NCBI GenBank assembly: GCA_003213495.1
Contig: QCMW01000001.1
Span: 810,181 to 874,180, forward strand
Direction: 5' to 3'
DNA length: 64,000 nucleotides
DNA from: SAR86 cluster bacterium AG-422-O05
GTDB lineage: Bacteria > Pseudomonadota > Gammaproteobacteria > Magnimaribacterales > D2472
Positions 60,100-64,000 of this stretch are shown here, in pieces; positions within the stretch are counted from its first letter, which is position 1; every line of letters begins with the position of its first letter. The notes beneath the pieces are model-generated. The model had not been told where the DNA came from. It saw nothing but the letters and a program-made list of their open reading frames with translations, and made no database searches. The position numbers and the translations under genes are program-made.

Positions 60100-61981
60100 G
60101 ATTTCTCATTTTTTTGCAATATTAGCTACTGGTTTATTTCTTTTATCTGGAATTTTTGCAGTTTCTATAAAAAATACTGAATATGTTTCCAATTTAATTT
60201 CAAGAACATATTCCCATGCATTCTTATTTTTATTAATTTCATTTGGTCTTTATGTGTGGCTGGCTGCAACAGATAATTTTAGTGTTTTATATATTGCTAG
60301 TCACTCAAATTCAGATTTACCAATTTTTTATAAAATAAGCTCTATATGGAGCGCTCATGAGGGTTCAATGTTCTTGTGGATTGTTTTTTTAGCACTATGG
60401 GGATGCTTATTTAATTTTAATATCACTCAAACAAATCCTATAAAATCCCTAGCGATTGGTATATTGTCTTTAATTATTGTAGGGTTTTTACTTTTTTTAT
60501 TATTAACATCTAATCCTTTTCAGACTATTTTACCCATACCTCCATCTAATGGAGCTGACATAAATCCTGTACTTCAAGATCCAGCTTTAGTAATCCACCC
60601 TCCAACATTATATTTGGGATATGTAGGTTTTGGAATTCCATTCGCATGCGCATTAGCTTTTTTGATTAAGGGCAATACAGAAATTGAATGGGAGTTAATA
60701 GTACAAAAATGGTCAGTTGTGGCTTGGATTTTTCTCACCATTGGTATAACTCTTGGAAGTTGGTGGGCTTATTATGAACTTGGCTGGGGCGGTTATTGGT
60801 TTTGGGATCCTGTTGAAAATGTTGCATTGATGCCATGGCTTGCTGCAACGGCATTTATTCACTCATTAAGCGTTTCAATAAAATCGAAAAGATTAAGAGT
60901 ATGGACACTTTTACTATCAATTTTAGTCTTTTCATTAAGTTTGTTTGGAGCCTTTATAGTCCGCTCAGGGATTATTGACAGCGTTCATTCATTTGCAAAT
61001 GATCCTGAAAGAGGCCTCTATTTGCTGGGATTTATTTCAGTAATAATAATTACATCATTAGTTTTATTTGTAATAAGATTTTCAAAAATACAGTCCATAA
61101 TAAGAGTTAAAAGGTTTTCAAAAGAATCATTTATTTCAATTAATAATATATTTTTTGGTGTTTTAGTTTTTTCTGTTATGTTAGGCGTAATCTATCCGCT
61201 GATATATGAGTATTTGTTCAATCAGCAGATAAGCGTTGGAGCACCTTTTTATACAGCTATTTTTTCACCGATTGTTTTGATTGCTTGTATATTTTTAATT
61301 TTTTCAATTGACTCAAAATGGTCAAGAGAATTTAAATTAAATTTAATGAATTTACCAATAATACTTTCAACTACATTATCTTTCTTAATTACTTTTGTAT
61401 TTAAATTTTTATATAAAATTGACGATGTTTACATGAATTTATTAATCTTTGTTGGTTTTTTAATAATATGCAGATACATTTTTGAAATCTACAAATCGAT
61501 AAGTGCAAAAACATTTATCAATCCATTTAGTGCAATAGCTCACATGGCATTAGGACTATTATTAATTTCAATTTCATTAAACAGTGTTCTTAGTACGGAA
61601 AGAGCTATGAGCATAAAAATAGATGAGACAGAAAGTTATAAAGATCTTACGATATATTTTGAAAATATAAATTTATCAGAAGCTTACAATTATGATGCAA
61701 TTGAGGCTGATCTCTTAATACAAACCACAAATGGAGAAAGTTTTTTATTAAGTCCTGAAAAAAGAAGATATTTTACTAGAGGTCAAATTACAACAGAGAC
61801 AGCAATTCATGCTTCACTATTAAGAGATATTTACATGACAATAGGAGATCAATTAGATGACGGGAGTTGGGTGATCAATATTCAAATAAATTATTTAATT
61901 CGATGGATTTGGTTTTCTGCCATATTAATGTGTATGGCTGGCATAATGCTTATTTTTTCTAAGAAGAGATTAAGAAGATGA
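60089..61981 (+). CDS. ccmF: Cytochrome c heme lyase subunit CcmF
   Basis: 630 aa polytopic protein. WWD-type 'WWAYYELGWGGYWFWDPVEN'. Confidence 0.9.
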   Translation: MIIEISHFFAILATGLFLLSGIFAVSIKNTEYVSNLISRTYSHAFLFLLISFGLYVWLAATDNFSVLYIASHSNSDLPIFYKISSIWSAHEGSMFLWIVFLALWGCLFNFNITQTNPIKSLAIGILSLIIVGFLLFLLLTSNPFQTILPIPPSNGADINPVLQDPALVIHPPTLYLGYVGFGIPFACALAFLIKGNTEIEWELIVQKWSVVAWIFLTIGITLGSWWAYYELGWGGYWFWDPVENVALMPWLAATAFIHSLSVSIKSKRLRVWTLLLSILVFSLSLFGAFIVRSGIIDSVHSFANDPERGLYLLGFISVIIITSLVLFVIRFSKIQSIIRVKRFSKESFISINNIFFGVLVFSVMLGVIYPLIYEYLFNQQISVGAPFYTAIFSPIVLIACIFLIFSIDSKWSREFKLNLMNLPIILSTTLSFLITFVFKFLYKIDDVYMNLLIFVGFLIICRYIFEIYKSISAKTFINPFSAIAHMALGLLLISISLNSVLSTERAMSIKIDETESYKDLTIYFENINLSEAYNYDAIEADLLIQTTNGESFLLSPEKRRYFTRGQITTETAIHASLLRDIYMTIGDQLDDGSWVINIQINYLIRWIWFSAILMCMAGIMLIFSKKRLRR

Positions 61982-62499
61982 AGTTATTGTTTAAATTTTT
62001 TATTTTGATCACGCCTATATTTTTTCTATTTATGTTTTATCTTTTATTGACTGAGGATAATTCTTATCCTGGAGCAGACTATGATACTCAGGACTTTCCT
62101 AGCTTTGAACTAGAAACTCTCTCGGGCAAAAAAATTGTCAATACCAATATTAATGATAAAACCCTTCTTTTAAATGTTTGGGCAAGCTGGTGCATAACCT
62201 GTAGAGTTGAACATCCGTATTTGATGTATCTTAATAAGAAAGGCATACCAATTTTGGGATTAAATTATAAGGATGAAAAAGAAGATGCAATAAATTGGCT
62301 AAAAAAATATGGTAATCCTTACAAAGATAATATTCATGATTACAAAGGTTCATTGGCTTTAGATTTAGGCGTTACAGGTGCTCCAGAGACTTTTTTAATT
62401 ATTAATGGACAGGTGGTGGCTCATTATCAGGGCGAAGTAAATGAGACCATTTGGAATGATGTATTTTTGCCAATTATTGATGAAAAAAGGATATTTTAA
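61978..62499 (+). CDS. ccmG: Thiol:disulfide oxidoreductase CcmG/DsbE
   Basis: 'NVWASWCITCRVEHP' CxxC thioredoxin motif and 'GVTGAPETFLI'. Confidence 0.85.
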   Translation: MKLLFKFFILITPIFFLFMFYLLLTEDNSYPGADYDTQDFPSFELETLSGKKIVNTNINDKTLLLNVWASWCITCRVEHPYLMYLNKKGIPILGLNYKDEKEDAINWLKKYGNPYKDNIHDYKGSLALDLGVTGAPETFLIINGQVVAHYQGEVNETIWNDVFLPIIDEKRIF

Positions 62500-62500
62500 A

Positions 62501-62872
62501 ATGAGGTTTTTATATATTGTAATCTTACTTGCATCAGTCAATCTTCTTTCAGAGTCGATTTATAATTTCCAAAATACAGAAGATGAAATTAGATTTAATA
62601 ATCTTGTCAAAGAGATAAGATGCCCAAAATGTACTTCGGGCTCTTTGGCGAGTTCTAATGCTCCCATTTCTCAAGATCTAAAATTAAAAATTGTGGAAAT
62701 GATAAATAACAATAAAAGCGATAAGGAAATAAAAGAATATATTTCAGAAAGATTTGGTGCTGATTCTCTTTATGAGCCTGTATTCACAGAGGATACATAT
62801 TTTTTATGGTTTGCTCCTTTTGTATTACTTTTAATTACATTATTAGTCTTTTTTTTTAGAAAAACTGAATAA
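62501..62872 (+). CDS. ccmH: Cytochrome c biogenesis protein CcmH
   Basis: 'IRCPKCTSGSLASSNAP' (LRCxxC motif). The likely start is the ATG at 62501, just after the ccmG stop; the track start at 62441 overlaps ccmG. Confidence 0.85.
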   Translation: MRFLYIVILLASVNLLSESIYNFQNTEDEIRFNNLVKEIRCPKCTSGSLASSNAPISQDLKLKIVEMINNNKSDKEIKEYISERFGADSLYEPVFTEDTYFLWFAPFVLLLITLLVFFFRKTE

Positions 62873-63648
62873 TGATAATTTTTTACTTACTAACAGCATT
62901 TGCGGCACTTCCAGTTCTTGCGTATGTACTATCTCAACGAACAAATAATAAAGGCATTGTTTTTGGAACAACTGTGTTTGTACTTATTGGCTGCTTAATT
63001 TTATTTGTAAGTAAATTTGCTATTTTGGGTTCTGTTAATAAGCAAATCTTAAGTAACAATATTAGCAATCAAATATATTTAGATAAAAAGATATCTATAG
63101 ACAGTCTTAAACAATTTGATAGTTTGTTAAATATTGAAGAAAAAAAAGTTTGGTCAATAGAGTTTATCTCTAAATCAATTGACCTAAAAAAAATGGATTC
63201 AGCAGAGAGTTTATTAGGGTTCTCAGAAAAATTTTTTGTATCAAACTCAGAGAAATTAATTTTTTATAGTCTATATACTCGATTAAGAGACACTAAATTT
63301 CCAGAATATAAAGATTCAAGTTTTCAAATCAGTTCAGATTCATATTTTCCATGTGATATCGAGACAGGTTCAGTAAGTTTATATATAAACAACGGCCCTC
63401 AAATACCAGTTGCTGAAAAACAATTTACTCAATTAGATGAAATATTTCTGACAAATGCTAATAGCAGTGTTCCTGGTTTTGATATTGCGTCAGCTCATCT
63501 TAATAATGAAACTATAGAGATAGATATTATGATTTCATGTAAGAATTCTAAAGAAAATTATTACATTAATAATTTACTAGTTCTTGATAAAAACAAAGTC
63601 ACGAATAGTTACAAAATTAATTCAAATGAATGGTTAAAAGGCTTATAG
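62872..63648 (+). CDS. Possible CcmI-like membrane protein
   Basis: TAATG junction with ccmH and two N-terminal TM segments, as in CcmI. I could not see TPR repeats by eye. Confidence 0.4.
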   Translation: MIIFYLLTAFAALPVLAYVLSQRTNNKGIVFGTTVFVLIGCLILFVSKFAILGSVNKQILSNNISNQIYLDKKISIDSLKQFDSLLNIEEKKVWSIEFISKSIDLKKMDSAESLLGFSEKFFVSNSEKLIFYSLYTRLRDTKFPEYKDSSFQISSDSYFPCDIETGSVSLYINNGPQIPVAEKQFTQLDEIFLTNANSSVPGFDIASAHLNNETIEIDIMISCKNSKENYYINNLLVLDKNKVTNSYKINSNEWLKGL

Positions 63649-63682
63649 GCGTTATAATAATAAGCTAAATAAAGTCTTAATA

Positions 63683-64000
63683 ATGCAGCTTAAACATATA
63701 AAACTATCGGGCTTTAAAAGTTTCGTTGATCCAACGAAGATATCTTTCCCAACAAATATGGTAGGTGTAGTGGGTCCAAATGGCTGCGGTAAATCAAATG
63801 TTATTGATGCAGTAAGATGGGTATTAGGAGAGCTATCTGCAAAAAATCTTAGAGGCGACTCAATGGTCGATGTAATTTTTAATGGTTCTGAAAATAGAAA
63901 GGCATCTGGACAATGCAGTATAGAGCTTTTGTTTGATAATTCTAGTGGAAAAATTGGTGGTGAATTTGTCTCCTTTAATGAAGTCTCTATAAAAAGGGAA
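63683..64000 (+). CDS. smc: Chromosome segregation protein SMC, 5' part (runs off the window)
   Basis: '[48 protein letters not shown]' is the canonical SMC N-terminus with Walker A. Confidence 0.85.
   Translation, partial: MQLKHIKLSGFKSFVDPTKISFPTNMVGVVGPNGCGKSNVIDAVRWVLGELSAKNLRGDSMVDVIFNGSENRKASGQCSIELLFDNSSGKIGGEFVSFNEVSIKRE

Overview
This is a very AT-rich, gene-dense bacterial chromosome segment of about 75 genes. Many gene junctions overlap (ATGA or TAATG), and there are two tRNAs. I saw no rRNA, CRISPR array, transposase or integrase.

The gene content looks like a streamlined marine gammaproteobacterium, possibly SAR86-like. It includes ppiase-lpxH, single-chain purL, ccmABCDEFGH(I), uvrB, alaS, cysS, thrS, metY and two tandem TonB-dependent receptors. 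The taxonomic placement is inference from gene content only.

Most of the window is ordinary housekeeping sequence. The exception is about 7.6 kb at 7878-15494, lying between a sulfotransferase gene and tRNA-Asn/uvrB. It holds an LMW-PTP/ArsC-like gene translationally coupled to a DNA cytosine-5 methyltransferase. After a near-consensus sigma70 promoter comes a tightly coupled eight-gene cassette:
- a 78-aa helical protein
- a DUF4258-like putative toxin
- a ~650-aa protein with GHKL (Bergerat-fold) ATPase motifs and a poly-basic tract
- five proteins I cannot place in any family

The cassette stops 1 nt from the 3' end of tRNA-Asn. I consider it the best candidate for an undescribed defence or conflict system. 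That reading rests on context and motifs only.

Other notable points:
- a perfect SOS box in front of umuDC
- a Fur-box-like palindrome in front of a bacterioferritin-like gene
- a G8 tract at the ribosome-binding site of a TonB-dependent receptor
- an unlisted ccmD
- thrS coupled to yidD instead of infC
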